Source: Patescibacteria group bacterium
GTDB lineage: Bacteria; Patescibacteriota; Minisyncoccia; Minisyncoccales; Staskawiczbacteraceae
Assembly (NCBI GenBank): GCA_018829965.1
Contig: JAHJTG010000008.1
Span: forward strand, 9,314 to 73,313
Direction: 5' to 3'
Length of the DNA: 64,000 nt
Shown: positions 10,410 to 20,697 of the stretch, one piece after another
Layout: each line of letters begins with the position of its first letter
Numbering within the stretch: the first letter of the stretch is position 1
Translations under genes and position numbers: made by a program
The notes under the pieces: generated by a model
Seen by the model: only the letters and a program-made list of their open reading frames with translations
Told to the model about the DNA's origin: nothing
Databases searched by the model: none

Positions 10410-12044
10410 TTATTTCAATAAATCAATTATCTCTTTCGGCAATCTACCTTCTAAAAGAACTGCGTCTCCTGCTTGTGTAAACTCTTTAATTTTAGCTACA
10501 ATTTCTTGCGGTCTTTCAATAAGATGTGCTCGCGGAGACTTCATTTCCACATAATACTCTTTTGTAGTAATGATTGCCAAGTCGCAAACTTCAGATATTT
10601 TCTTACCTATTTTCTGATGAACTTCTTTTGCTTTATCCCCTAGTTCAATCAAACAAGGCATTACAATAATTTTCCTTGCCCTTCCGAAGCCCGTAGGCGA
10701 AGGAGGGTTGCCAGAATAGAGTTTTAAATATTCTAAATCAGCGACTACTCCATCAGGATTTGAAGAATAGGTTGAATTAATAACAAACACTCCGTCTTTA
10801 TTCTTCGCAACTTTGAACGATGAGTTCTTTTCAGTAATTCTTTCTGAAGCTTTCTCAATTTCTTTTAAACTCATCCCTAATTCTTTTGAAACTAATATAG
10901 CGCCTAATAAGTTTAAAACATTATGCCTGCCTAGAACATCTACCTTAAAATCAATATCATCAATCGAAAAAGAAGCGAAATTCTTCCTAATATCAATATT
11001 TTTTACTTGTCCATCCGAAGTTTTAACGAAGGAGGATAGTTTTTCGTCTAACCTATAAGCAATCTTTTTAACATCTGCTTTCCTATACAACTCCATGCAA
11101 TACTCATTCTCGCCATTAACAACAAGCAATCCGTCTATTGGCAAAGATTGCAGTAATTCCCAACCGCCTTCGGCAGACAATAAATTATCAATTGAGCCGA
11201 AAAGCGACAAATGCTGAGCGTTAACACCTGTCACAATACCAATCTCTGGTTTAACGAAATCACAAATTCTTTTAATAGTTCCCTTATCGTAAGCCCCCAT
11301 TTCTACAATAAATATTTCATGCTCTGGCTTCAACTCATTCAAAATACATAATGGTATGCCTAGTTCAGTGTTTTGGTGTTCCTTGGTGCTTAAAACTTTA
11401 AACTTTGAAGATAAAATAGCTGTTAAATACTCTTTAGTTGAAGTCTTACCATAACTTCCTGTAATAGCGATTATAGTCAGGTTTTTAAAATTCTTTAGCT
11501 TTTCTTTTGCTTTTTTTTGAAGAGATAAGCGATAGTGATCGGCTATTGGTTGAAATATTAGAACAACAATAGATACGACAACGGGTAATAGAATATCTAA
11601 AGCTAGCACAATAAGAGTGAACCAAAATATATCTTTAGTTATCGTCCAAACTAAAAGAGGAAACGTAATAAAAACTAAAAGACTAATTAAAATTAAAAAC
11701 CCTGTTTTCTTAGTTAACTTTGGATGTTTTGTTTTTCCTGAGAAAATCTTTCTGAAATATAACAGGGACTCTAGAAAATATATTAAAAATAATAAAGGGG
11801 GAAGAATTAATAGATAATTACCTTGAAAAAATAAAGCGCATATAGACGCAATAATAAACAAAAATGTTTTAAAAATCTGAAGTGGTTGACGGATTAATGT
11901 TTTACCGTTTTCTGTTTTAAAGTGAGCCAAAAAACGGCCAATATGATATTGCTTCAATTGCCATAAATAAACCCAGAAAAGAATATATTTTATAGACCTT
12001 ACGAACCAAAAAGATAATAAAAATGGAACAAACGAAAAAAACAT
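10410..12044 (-). CDS. murF: MurF-like Mur ligase with N-terminal TM helices
   Basis: ITGSYGKTSTKE, VEMGAY, GRHNVLN, YSSNPDG, ELG. Confidence 0.88.
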   Translation of the reverse strand: MFFSFVPFLLSFWFVRSIKYILFWVYLWQLKQYHIGRFLAHFKTENGKTLIRQPLQIFKTFLFIIASICALFFQGNYLLILPPLLFLIYFLESLLYFRKIFSGKTKHPKLTKKTGFLILISLLVFITFPLLVWTITKDIFWFTLIVLALDILLPVVVSIVVLIFQPIADHYRLSLQKKAKEKLKNFKNLTIIAITGSYGKTSTKEYLTAILSSKFKVLSTKEHQNTELGIPLCILNELKPEHEIFIVEMGAYDKGTIKRICDFVKPEIGIVTGVNAQHLSLFGSIDNLLSAEGGWELLQSLPIDGLLVVNGENEYCMELYRKADVKKIAYRLDEKLSSFVKTSDGQVKNIDIRKNFASFSIDDIDFKVDVLGRHNVLNLLGAILVSKELGMSLKEIEKASERITEKNSSFKVAKNKDGVFVINSTYSSNPDGVVADLEYLKLYSGNPPSPTGFGRARKIIVMPCLIELGDKAKEVHQKIGKKISEVCDLAIITTKEYYVEMKSPRAHLIERPQEIVAKIKEFTQAGDAVLLEGRLPKEIIDLLK

Positions 12045-12048
12045 ACTT

Positions 12049-12801
12049 TTAAATCTCTTTTAAAACTTCTTGTGATAAAAACTCAGGCGTTCTCCAATTT
12101 AAATCATGTCCCGCCCCGGGGATAATCACAAGTTTTGAATTTTCTATTTTTTTATTTATAAAATAAGCATCTTCTAATAAAGTCGTGCTATCTTTATCTC
12201 CCCAAACAATAACTGTTGGAACTTTTATAAATGATAAATGCTGTGACAAATCTTCAGAAATCACCCTCAAAAAGGCTTCTTTCATCACTCCATTTGTTTG
12301 CAAATAATCGCTTTTCCCAACGACAAATTTGTAAAACGCCCTTCTAATAATATCGTATGACGGAAAAAAAGAGAAAATTTTAAAAATCTTTGAAATTCTC
12401 GCTAAAAATCGTTTTTTTATAGTTTTTCTTCTAATACAGGCGGCAGCAACCAAAAATAGCTTTTTGATTTTTTGAGGATGTTTTATCGCAAACTTTGAAG
12501 CTAAGGCTCCTCCGAAAGAATGCCCTAACAAATAAAAATCTTTTGTAAGTTCTGGTATGTTTATAACAAACTGTTCTATAAAATCACAATAATTATTTAA
12601 ATTCCAAGCAGTTGACGGTAACTCTGACCCTCCAAAACCGGGCAAATCAGGAATTATTACCTTAATATTGCCTGCCGCAATAAGCTTCGTAATCTTATCC
12701 CATCTCTCGGCACAAGAACCCCAGCCATGTAAAATTAAAAGAGGTTCACCCTCTCCCATGACTATATAATTTATTTTAAGACCGTTTATAATTATCTCCA
12801 C
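12049..12801 (-). CDS. Alpha/beta hydrolase
   Basis: LHGWG, DLPGFG, GHSFGG, WGDKD, GAGH. Confidence 0.93.
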   Translation of the reverse strand: MEIIINGLKINYIVMGEGEPLLILHGWGSCAERWDKITKLIAAGNIKVIIPDLPGFGGSELPSTAWNLNNYCDFIEQFVINIPELTKDFYLLGHSFGGALASKFAIKHPQKIKKLFLVAAACIRRKTIKKRFLARISKIFKIFSFFPSYDIIRRAFYKFVVGKSDYLQTNGVMKEAFLRVISEDLSQHLSFIKVPTVIVWGDKDSTTLLEDAYFINKKIENSKLVIIPGAGHDLNWRTPEFLSQEVLKEI

Positions 12802-12806
12802 TGCTT

Positions 12807-14057
12807 TTAAATCCTATTTTTAATTACTTTAAATCCGCAATGTTTTTGCAAAACCTTTGGCACTTTTACACTGCCATCTTTTTGTTGGAATTGTTCTAAA
12901 ATTGCAGGTATTAAACGACTGGTGGCAAGCCCTGAGGCATTTAAGGTATGCACAAACTCATTTTTATTAGCCTTTCTATTTCTAAATTTAATATTCCCTC
13001 GTCTAGCTTGATAATCTAAGGCATTGGAAGAACTGCTGACTTCTTTATAAATAGCCATGCTTGGAATCCATACCTCAATATCAATAGTTTTTGCCATGGC
13101 TGCCGAAGCATCTTGCGCAGCCAGCAATACAGACTGAAAATGCAAACCAAGCCCTTTGACTAATTTTTCTGCGTTGCCTGTCAATTCTTCAAACGCCTCC
13201 CACGATTTATCGGGTTTAGTAAATTGGAACATTTCAATTTTATTAAATTGATGTCCCCTTATCATACCTCTCTCTTCTTTTCTGTAACTTCCTGCTTCAC
13301 GCCTGAAGCAAGTAGAATAAGCAAAATATTTTAATGGCAAATCGTTTTCGTCTAAAACCTCATCTCTATGATAATTACCAATCATCATCTCGCTGGTTGC
13401 GTTCAAACAAAACTTATCTTGAGTCCAATACAGGTCGTCTCTAAATTTCGGGAGATGCCCCGATGTATAGGCGGATTTTTCAGTTAAAAGAAATGGCGGT
13501 ATCAAAAACGTATATTTATTCTTTCTATGGAAATCTATAAAATAATTTAAAAGCGCCCATTCTAAAATCGCGCCTTCGCCTTTATATATCCAAAAACCAT
13601 TTCCTGACATTTTGGCACCTCTCTCATAATCAATAAGATTTAAATCCTCAGCCAATTGAACGTGATCTTTCGGAGTGAACTTAAATTCTGGCTTTTTCCC
13701 AAAGGTTTTAATTACTTTATTATTTTCTTTCCCCCCAGCCACAACATCATCAGCCACAATATTCGGTAAAGAAGATAATTTATCTTTCAATTCTTCTTCA
13801 ACATTTCCAATCTGGTCGTCTAAACTTTTTATCCTATCCCCCACTTCTTTCATTTCCTTAATTATCTCTGGCGTTGGTTTCTGTTTTGATTGTTTGTTTT
13901 TTTCCGCTTTCAATACTTCTACCTCGGTTAAAAGACTTTTCCTTTTATCATCTATAGAGATAATTTCATCTAAATTAAAATCACCCTCATTTAATCTTTT
14001 AAGAAGAGACTTTTTAATTTCTTCTTTATTCTCCCGGATTTTATTAATATCTAACAT
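12807..14057 (-). CDS. serS: Serine--tRNA ligase
   Basis: MLDI start, coiled coil, ATSE, FRREAG, RGHQFNKIE, HTLNASG. Confidence 0.98.
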   Translation of the reverse strand: MLDINKIRENKEEIKKSLLKRLNEGDFNLDEIISIDDKRKSLLTEVEVLKAEKNKQSKQKPTPEIIKEMKEVGDRIKSLDDQIGNVEEELKDKLSSLPNIVADDVVAGGKENNKVIKTFGKKPEFKFTPKDHVQLAEDLNLIDYERGAKMSGNGFWIYKGEGAILEWALLNYFIDFHRKNKYTFLIPPFLLTEKSAYTSGHLPKFRDDLYWTQDKFCLNATSEMMIGNYHRDEVLDENDLPLKYFAYSTCFRREAGSYRKEERGMIRGHQFNKIEMFQFTKPDKSWEAFEELTGNAEKLVKGLGLHFQSVLLAAQDASAAMAKTIDIEVWIPSMAIYKEVSSSSNALDYQARRGNIKFRNRKANKNEFVHTLNASGLATSRLIPAILEQFQQKDGSVKVPKVLQKHCGFKVIKNRI

Positions 14058-14060
14058 AAA

Positions 14061-14462
14061 TTATTTATTTAATTTAGACGAATGATATATTTTTGGTTTA
14101 TATGCTTTTAATCTAACAATTTTAACTTTTAAATTTAATTTCCTAAGCCTTCCTTCTAAATCATCAGTAAATGAATTTTGGTCATAACCTAAACCAATAA
14201 TATTAGGATTTATTTTACTAATAATTTCATAGGGGTCAGATAAGCCGCCCAAAACAGCCTCCCCCACTATTCCCTGATTTCTGACATTTGATAATCTCTC
14301 TTGTTCGTTTTTTAAAGGATAACGGCCTTTTAATTTTTTAATATTCTCGTCTCTACCAACGACCACTATTAAATAATCTCCGTATTTTTTGGCTTGCTTA
14401 AATAAATTTAAATGACCTTCGTGAATTCCATCAAAAGTCCCGAAAACTATTACTTTTTTCAT
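14061..14462 (-). CDS. Cytidyltransferase-like nucleotidyltransferase (RibL-type FAD synthase-like)
   Basis: GTFDGIHEGH, LGYDQ, SS C-terminal motif. Confidence 0.8.
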   Translation of the reverse strand: MKKVIVFGTFDGIHEGHLNLFKQAKKYGDYLIVVVGRDENIKKLKGRYPLKNEQERLSNVRNQGIVGEAVLGGLSDPYEIISKINPNIIGLGYDQNSFTDDLEGRLRKLNLKVKIVRLKAYKPKIYHSSKLNK

Positions 14463-14470
14463 TTAATATT

Positions 14471-14935
14471 TTATTTTTCTTGATAAAGTTTTTCGTAGTC
14501 TTTTTCCTCTCCATCTCCATTATAATCAGTACATTTACTGGGGTTAAATCTACCTTCTTTATTTTCTAATAGAACCGCTAAAACAGACGGGGAAATATCG
14601 GCTTTCAGAAGCTTATCACACGGCCATTCATCTTCAGTTGCCGCTACTTCTTTCCATTTACCTTCTTCTTTTTTTAAAATTACCCACGCTCCACCGGGAC
14701 CATTTTCCTCGCCTATTGTTGTTAGCGCAAAATTTTCAACAATATTATATACATCGATAGACATCCCTTTTTCGTAAAGAGGGAGTATATCTTTATTAAT
14801 TTCTTGATATTCTGATTTTGACTGTTCTATATTTCCATTGCCAGAATTACTTTTTTGGAAATAATAAACTAGAATGCCAACAATTAATATGACCGTTATT
14901 AATAAAAATATAATTATGATTCTTTTTTTGTCCAT
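14471..14935 (-). CDS. Hypothetical membrane-anchored protein
   Basis: 154-aa ORF in an operon, N-terminal TM, two Cys. Confidence 0.75.
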   Translation of the reverse strand: MDKKRIIIIFLLITVILIVGILVYYFQKSNSGNGNIEQSKSEYQEINKDILPLYEKGMSIDVYNIVENFALTTIGEENGPGGAWVILKKEEGKWKEVAATEDEWPCDKLLKADISPSVLAVLLENKEGRFNPSKCTDYNGDGEEKDYEKLYQEK

Positions 14936-14945
14936 TTCTAAAATA

Positions 14946-16403
14946 TTATTTCTTTCTCATCGTCGGGAATAATATTATCTCGCGTACTGCATGAGAATTT
15001 GTTAAAAGTAGAACTAATCTATCTATCCCCATCCCCCAACCAGCCGCAGGTGGCATTCCGTATCCCAATGCTTCTATAAAATCTTCGTCCATTCTTTGAG
15101 CTTCATCAAACCCAGCTTTAAATATTTTTTCTTGCTCTAAAAATCTTTGCTTCTGTAAAATTGGATCATTTAATTCTGAAAATGCTTTTACAATTTCCAT
15201 ACCAGCCACAATCAACTGGAAACTTCCTGATTTTTTAGGATTATCATCGAGGGGTTTTGCTAACGGAAAGGCTTCTACGGGATAATGAATCACAAAAACA
15301 GGACCTTGAAGTTTTTGGCGACAAATCTTTTTAAAAATTTCGTCAGCAATTTCAGCTTTTCCGCCGATCGCCTTTATACCAAGTTTTTTTGCCTCCTTTT
15401 TTAAAGCAACAAGATTTATTTCTTCATAATTAATTCCTGAATATTTCTTTAAAACATCGGTATATTCAATGCGGGGATACGGTGGTCTAAAATTTATACT
15501 GCTGTTCTCATATTCTAAATCAAGCTTCCCGAAAATATTTTTTATTACAGTTTCAAGTAATTCCTCTGTTAATTTCATTAATTGCTTATAGTCAGAATAA
15601 GCCCAATAAAATTCCATTATTGTAAAATCAGGGTTATGCGATTTATCCATTCCTTCGTTTCTAAAACATTTTCCGATTTCGTAGACTTTTTCAAAACCGC
15701 CAGCCAAAAGACGCTTTAAATATAATTCTGGAGAAATTCTTAGGTACAAATCCAAATCTAAGGCGTTAAGGTGGGTCTTAAATGGTTTAGCTGTCGCTCC
15801 ACCATAAATTGGTTGCAAGATAGGGGTTTCCACTTCTAAAAAATCTTTACTATCCAAAAACGCCCTTATCTCTTTAATGATTTTGGTTCTTGCCTCAAAT
15901 TTATTTTTTATTTCGGGATTAAAAATTAAATCCAAATAACGCTTACGAAAACGATCTTCAACATCTTGCAAGCCATGCCATTTTTCTGGAAGTGGCAAAA
16001 TCGATTTTGCCAACATCTTAAAGTCTTGCGCCTCAATAGTTCTCTCTCCCCTTTTTGTAGTGAATAAAACCCCTCTCACGCTAATAATATCTCCAATATC
16101 AAAGTTATCCAGGAAGAAATTATATCCTTTTTCGCCTAATTTATCTTCTCTAAAATGAGCTTGAATTTTCCCCGTACCGTCTTCAATATCAAGAAACAAC
16201 ATCTTGCCATGCTCTCTTAAAGATTTAATCCTACCGACTAAAATAACTTCTTCTTGCTTGTTTGAAATATTAGAAAAATCCTCAATTGCTTTTGAAATAG
16301 TATGAGTTCTTTTAACTTCTGTCGGATACGCAGAAAAACCAGCTTTTTTAATAGCTTCTAATTTCTTAATCCTATTTTTTTGTATTTCTTTTAAAGTTTT
16401 CAT
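14946..16403 (-). CDS. lysS: Lysine--tRNA ligase (class II)
   Basis: LPEKWHGL, RKRYLDL, EVETPIL, FRNEG, YGMPPAAGWGMGIDR. Confidence 0.98.
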   Translation of the reverse strand: MKTLKEIQKNRIKKLEAIKKAGFSAYPTEVKRTHTISKAIEDFSNISNKQEEVILVGRIKSLREHGKMLFLDIEDGTGKIQAHFREDKLGEKGYNFFLDNFDIGDIISVRGVLFTTKRGERTIEAQDFKMLAKSILPLPEKWHGLQDVEDRFRKRYLDLIFNPEIKNKFEARTKIIKEIRAFLDSKDFLEVETPILQPIYGGATAKPFKTHLNALDLDLYLRISPELYLKRLLAGGFEKVYEIGKCFRNEGMDKSHNPDFTIMEFYWAYSDYKQLMKLTEELLETVIKNIFGKLDLEYENSSINFRPPYPRIEYTDVLKKYSGINYEEINLVALKKEAKKLGIKAIGGKAEIADEIFKKICRQKLQGPVFVIHYPVEAFPLAKPLDDNPKKSGSFQLIVAGMEIVKAFSELNDPILQKQRFLEQEKIFKAGFDEAQRMDEDFIEALGYGMPPAAGWGMGIDRLVLLLTNSHAVREIILFPTMRKK

Positions 16404-16410
16404 CTTGTAA

Positions 16411-16830
16411 TTAATTACAAGTATATACGCTTCCGCTCCCTATTTGGGTACAGTACGAAGAAGAAATTTCTATCTCCACATCCTTGCTATCAATACACCA
16501 ACTGTTACTTGATCTATTTAGCGCTGCGCAAGCAACCCAATCGCCCGACCTACTGCTACAATTATACACTCCGCTTTTCGCAATTGGCAAAACCGCTGTT
16601 TTAATTCTTTGAAAATCATCACTAAGACATACATCAGTATAAGAACTATTAATATTATGATATATCTCACCCGCCAGCTTTAAAGAGCTTACATTAATCT
16701 TTATTGTATTATCTTTTGCCTTATCCTTGATGACTTTACCGGCGCTAACTAAAACGATGCTACTTAAAACAACGATGATAGTGAGAACTATCAATAATTC
16801 AATTAGACTAAAGCCTTTTGTTTTCTGCAT
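16411..16830 (-). CDS. Type IV pilin-like protein
   Basis: KG|FSLIELLIV prepilin motif, Cys pairs, WCIDS. Confidence 0.9.
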   Translation of the reverse strand: MQKTKGFSLIELLIVLTIIVVLSSIVLVSAGKVIKDKAKDNTIKINVSSLKLAGEIYHNINSSYTDVCLSDDFQRIKTAVLPIAKSGVYNCSSRSGDWVACAALNRSSNSWCIDSKDVEIEISSSYCTQIGSGSVYTCN

Positions 16831-16899
16831 TTTCTATTCTGTTTATAGAATGTAATTCATTTATTCTATATTATTTTTACAACTCGGTCAAAAAAATAT

Positions 16900-18822
16900 T
16901 TATCTCCTAAAATACCAATCCAAAACATCTCTCGCCACCATTAAAGCTGGCACATGCAATCCCTCTACATCTTCAACCATAACGACTAAAACAATTTGAG
17001 GGTCATCATATGGAGCAAAAACACTAGCCCAAATTTCATAATAATTATCTCTGCCTGTTTGGGCAGTACCAGTTTTAGACGCTGATGTCACCGACAAAGA
17101 TTGTAAAACCCGTCCTGTTCCATCAATTGCGCCTTGTCGCATACCCTCCCGAACAACTTTAAGATTTTCCGGGTCAATAAAATTTTCTCTTATAATTTTT
17201 GGCTCTATTTCTTGAACTACTTTCATCGAACCTGTCGAAGTATCAACAATTTTTTTGACAATTTCTGGTTGATAAAGAATCCCTCCATTAGCAATAGAAG
17301 CAAAGGCAGTGGCTACCTGCAACGGAGTTGCAATAAGATCTCCTTGGCCGATTGATAAATGATAAGTATCTCCATCCCACCAATTTTCTTTCTTTGTTTG
17401 TTTTTTCCAATCTGGCGAAGGAACAAATCCTTGCGCTTCTCCCTGCAAATCAATCTGATTTTTATTCCCCCAGCCAAAAAGTTCAAGATATTTCTTTATT
17501 CTAGTAGGCCCCAATCCTTCCTGATCTTTATACCCACCACCAATAGTATAAAAATAAATATTACTGGATTGAGATATTGCCTTTCTCATATCATAATAGC
17601 CCGGTTGTTCCAAACCGCTATAACGATAAACAATATTGGGGTCATACTGATTTTTAACCTCTATATAGCCGGGATCATAAATTTCTTTATCCGGAGAAAT
17701 TATTTTTTCCTGAAGAGCGGCGGAAGCAATAAATGGTTTAATTGTAGACCCTACGGGATATTGGCCAGAAATTACTCTATTAAAAAACGGCTTTGCTGAA
17801 TCATTTTGGAGTTTTTGCAAATCGCTGACTGTTATTCCGCTGCTTAGGATATTATTGTCAAAAGAAGGCAAAGAAACCAACGCTAATATTCCGCCTGTTT
17901 TCGGGTCAATGGCCACTGCCGCTGCCTTTCTAAGGTTAGTCATTTTAAGCCTGCTCTCCAATACTTCTGTAAGTTTTTTCTGCAATTCCGCGTCTATATA
18001 CAAAACCAAACTCTTGCCAGATTCTGGTAAGGAAACAATTTTTTCTCCTTTTTTATTTCCCGAAACATTTTTTTCTATTTCAATTTTACCGGGGTTACCT
18101 CTTAATACTTCCTCATAAAATTTCTCAACACCAGTTTTACCTATATAGTCGCTAACCGAATAACCTTGATAAGAGGTCAGTTCTTCTTTGTTAACTTTGC
18201 CCATAAACCCAATGGAATGACTAAAAAAAGAACCGTCTGCATATTCTCTCAATGTATTTTTATCTATTTCGAATCCAGGAAAATCTTTAATTTTTGCTTC
18301 CAATATTAATAATGTTTGGTGAGGTATATTTTCAGCAACTAAAACTTGTGATTCTTTTTCTTTCTCAATTTCTTTTTTCAAAACTTCAGGGTCCTTGCCA
18401 ATAATTTTAGCCATTTCCTCAATTTCTTTTGTAATGTCTTTTGATAAAACAGCTAAATCTCTTTTATCGCACACTAAATCAAAGGCAGAATTATTAAAAA
18501 CTAATTGTTTTAAATTACTATCATAAATTACTCCCCTCTCGCCCCTAACATATTGGATTCGAACTCTATTACCCTCGCTTAAACCTGCTAATTCTTTGCC
18601 GTGGACAACCTGTAAATAAAAAGTTTTCCCAAAAAAGGAAAGTATAATAAGGATAAAAACTCCAAAAATTATATAAGTTAATTTTTCCCGGATAGGAATT
18701 TCGAGCCTTTTTTGGGTGATACCTAAATCTATTTCTTTTTCTTTTGCAAGGTTATCCAAAAAAACTTCGTGCTGTTCAATGTTCCATTCAGAATTTTTAA
18801 CTCTATATTTATTAAAATTCAT
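16900..18822 (-). CDS. mrdA: Penicillin-binding protein 2
   Basis: RGVIYD, GSTIK (SxxK), SSN, KTGTAQ; next to mreCD. Confidence 0.95.
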   Translation of the reverse strand: MNFNKYRVKNSEWNIEQHEVFLDNLAKEKEIDLGITQKRLEIPIREKLTYIIFGVFILIILSFFGKTFYLQVVHGKELAGLSEGNRVRIQYVRGERGVIYDSNLKQLVFNNSAFDLVCDKRDLAVLSKDITKEIEEMAKIIGKDPEVLKKEIEKEKESQVLVAENIPHQTLLILEAKIKDFPGFEIDKNTLREYADGSFFSHSIGFMGKVNKEELTSYQGYSVSDYIGKTGVEKFYEEVLRGNPGKIEIEKNVSGNKKGEKIVSLPESGKSLVLYIDAELQKKLTEVLESRLKMTNLRKAAAVAIDPKTGGILALVSLPSFDNNILSSGITVSDLQKLQNDSAKPFFNRVISGQYPVGSTIKPFIASAALQEKIISPDKEIYDPGYIEVKNQYDPNIVYRYSGLEQPGYYDMRKAISQSSNIYFYTIGGGYKDQEGLGPTRIKKYLELFGWGNKNQIDLQGEAQGFVPSPDWKKQTKKENWWDGDTYHLSIGQGDLIATPLQVATAFASIANGGILYQPEIVKKIVDTSTGSMKVVQEIEPKIIRENFIDPENLKVVREGMRQGAIDGTGRVLQSLSVTSASKTGTAQTGRDNYYEIWASVFAPYDDPQIVLVVMVEDVEGLHVPALMVARDVLDWYFRR

Positions 18823-19322
18823 TTTTTAACAATAAGAATTCTTTTAAATATATAAAAGAATACTAATCCGATTATCAAGTTATATATAATTCTTACTAAA
18901 AATGCACAAACGCCGAAATAAATTGGAAAAGAATGATTTAAAAATATAGAAGACAAACCAAAGAAAAGTTCATAAAAAAGCATGGTGAAAATTAAAACAA
19001 TAATAAAATATAGAAATAAATATTTGGAAGGAATATCTTTTAAATGGCAAAGAATTTCTTTTATTAAAAAATAAATGATAATTAGGGATAAAGTTGATAT
19101 TCCAATAAATGACCCCGAAAAAATATCTAAAAAAAATCCGCCAATAACAGCTGAGACAAGACCATAATAAGTTTGTGTTTTTTCAAAAAATATAAAAAGG
19201 CAAACTAAAATTAAAACTAAGTTCGGAATAACCCCAAATATGCTGAAATGAACCAAAAAACTATTCTGGATTAAAGAAATAAAATAAAAAAAGACGATTA
19301 ATATTAAAGGCTTGTAGAACAT
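18819..19322 (-). CDS. mreD: Rod shape protein MreD
   Basis: Hydrophobic, PNLVLI, GFFLDIFS; lies between mreC and mrdA. Confidence 0.88.
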   Translation of the reverse strand: MFYKPLILIVFFYFISLIQNSFLVHFSIFGVIPNLVLILVCLFIFFEKTQTYYGLVSAVIGGFFLDIFSGSFIGISTLSLIIIYFLIKEILCHLKDIPSKYLFLYFIIVLIFTMLFYELFFGLSSIFLNHSFPIYFGVCAFLVRIIYNLIIGLVFFYIFKRILIVKK

Positions 19323-19325
19323 TAG

Positions 19326-20129
19326 CTAATTTTTGAAATTAGTTATAACAAATAGGATATCAGTGTTTTTAATATCAAAAAATGGCTCTACAATTGCTGT
19401 TTGAAAAGTTTTTGTATCTTCTTTAATAATCTTTAAAGCCTTACCGACTAAAAGGTTTTTCGGAAAACTTCCCGCCAAAGAAGAGGTTATTAACACATCG
19501 CCCTCTTTTAAATCAGCATCGCGAATAATAAGGTCTAAACGAAGATTTAAATTTCCATTACCTTTAATAATCCCCAAAGTTTCATTTTGAGTTTTAACAT
19601 CAAATACGAATATTTTATCGCTGATTAAAGTGATCCTTGAGAAGTTTTTATAAACATCAGAAATATTGCCAAACAAAACCTTTTGCTGATTAATTACAGG
19701 CATATCTTTTGAAATTCCGTCTTCAGAACCCTTATTAATTAAGATAGAATCTTTTGAAGCATCTTTGCTGATAACTTCAGCTGTAATAAATTTAAAATCT
19801 TTTTGCAAATCAGTATCTAAAGCTTCTCTTAGCGTTTGATTCTCTAACTTTAACTCTTCCAATAAAAAAAGCTCTGACAATAATTGCTGATTTTTAATAT
19901 TTAATTCAGCACTCTCTGTTTTTAACTTGCCGATCATTAAAAATGGCGTAAAAAAATTAGATGATTTTTGACCTATTTGCCAAAAGATTTTTTGAAAAGG
20001 GCTTGAAATTGAATAAAAAACATTTTTTATTCCTTGGCTGAAAAAATTTAAAATAAGAAAGAATAAAAGAGCGATAAAAACCGCTATTAGAATTTTAGGA
20101 TATTTTTTCTTCTTGTAACTTATCATCAT
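19326..20129 (-). CDS. mreC: Rod shape protein MreC
   Basis: TM, coiled coil ENQTLR, INKGSEDGI, GDVLITS, FPK. Confidence 0.94.
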   Translation of the reverse strand: MMISYKKKKYPKILIAVFIALLFFLILNFFSQGIKNVFYSISSPFQKIFWQIGQKSSNFFTPFLMIGKLKTESAELNIKNQQLLSELFLLEELKLENQTLREALDTDLQKDFKFITAEVISKDASKDSILINKGSEDGISKDMPVINQQKVLFGNISDVYKNFSRITLISDKIFVFDVKTQNETLGIIKGNGNLNLRLDLIIRDADLKEGDVLITSSLAGSFPKNLLVGKALKIIKEDTKTFQTAIVEPFFDIKNTDILFVITNFKN

Positions 20130-20194
20130 AAACTAAGTTTTCGTTTAATTATTTTACCCTGTTAGAGGTTTTATGTAAACAAAAAGAGCGCTAT

Positions 20195-20304
20195 TGTGGC
20201 AACTACCTACTTTCGCGACAAAATCACTATCATCGGCCTTAGAGTATTTCACTTCCGAGTTCGGAATGGGATCGGGTGGGACAACTCTAGTATAGTCGCC
20301 ACAG
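20195..20304 (-). rRNA. rrf: 5S rRNA
   Basis: CCCGATCCCATTCCGAACTCGGAAGTGAA core; terminal helix extended by flanking inverted repeats. Confidence 0.95.
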
Positions 20305-20697
20305 CAACGCTCTTTTTTAAACCCAGTTAAATAATTTTGCTTTTTCAAAATTAATGCAAAGCATTATTTAACGAGGTAAAGAATCAAAATAAAATAATGA
20401 ATAGCTAAAATCTGTATCTATCCTTATTCTTCCGCCTAAACTTTCTTGCGAAAATCTTGGCGGAGAAGCAAAGAATTTAACAATGATTTATTAGTACTTC
20501 TCGGCTGAATGGGTTGCCCCACTTACACCTGAAGCCTATCAACCTTGTCATCTTCAAGGAATCTAGGAGTTCTAATCTTGAGGTGGGTTTCGCGCTTAGA
20601 TGCTTTCAGCGCTTATCCCTTCCTAACTTAGCTACCCAGCAATGCTCCTGGCGGAACAACTGGTACACCAGAGGTTAGTCCAACCCGGTCCTCTCGT

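Noticed and set aside
19326..20190. mreB missing upstream of mreC
   Set aside because: mreB may lie elsewhere in the genome; absence cannot be judged from one window.
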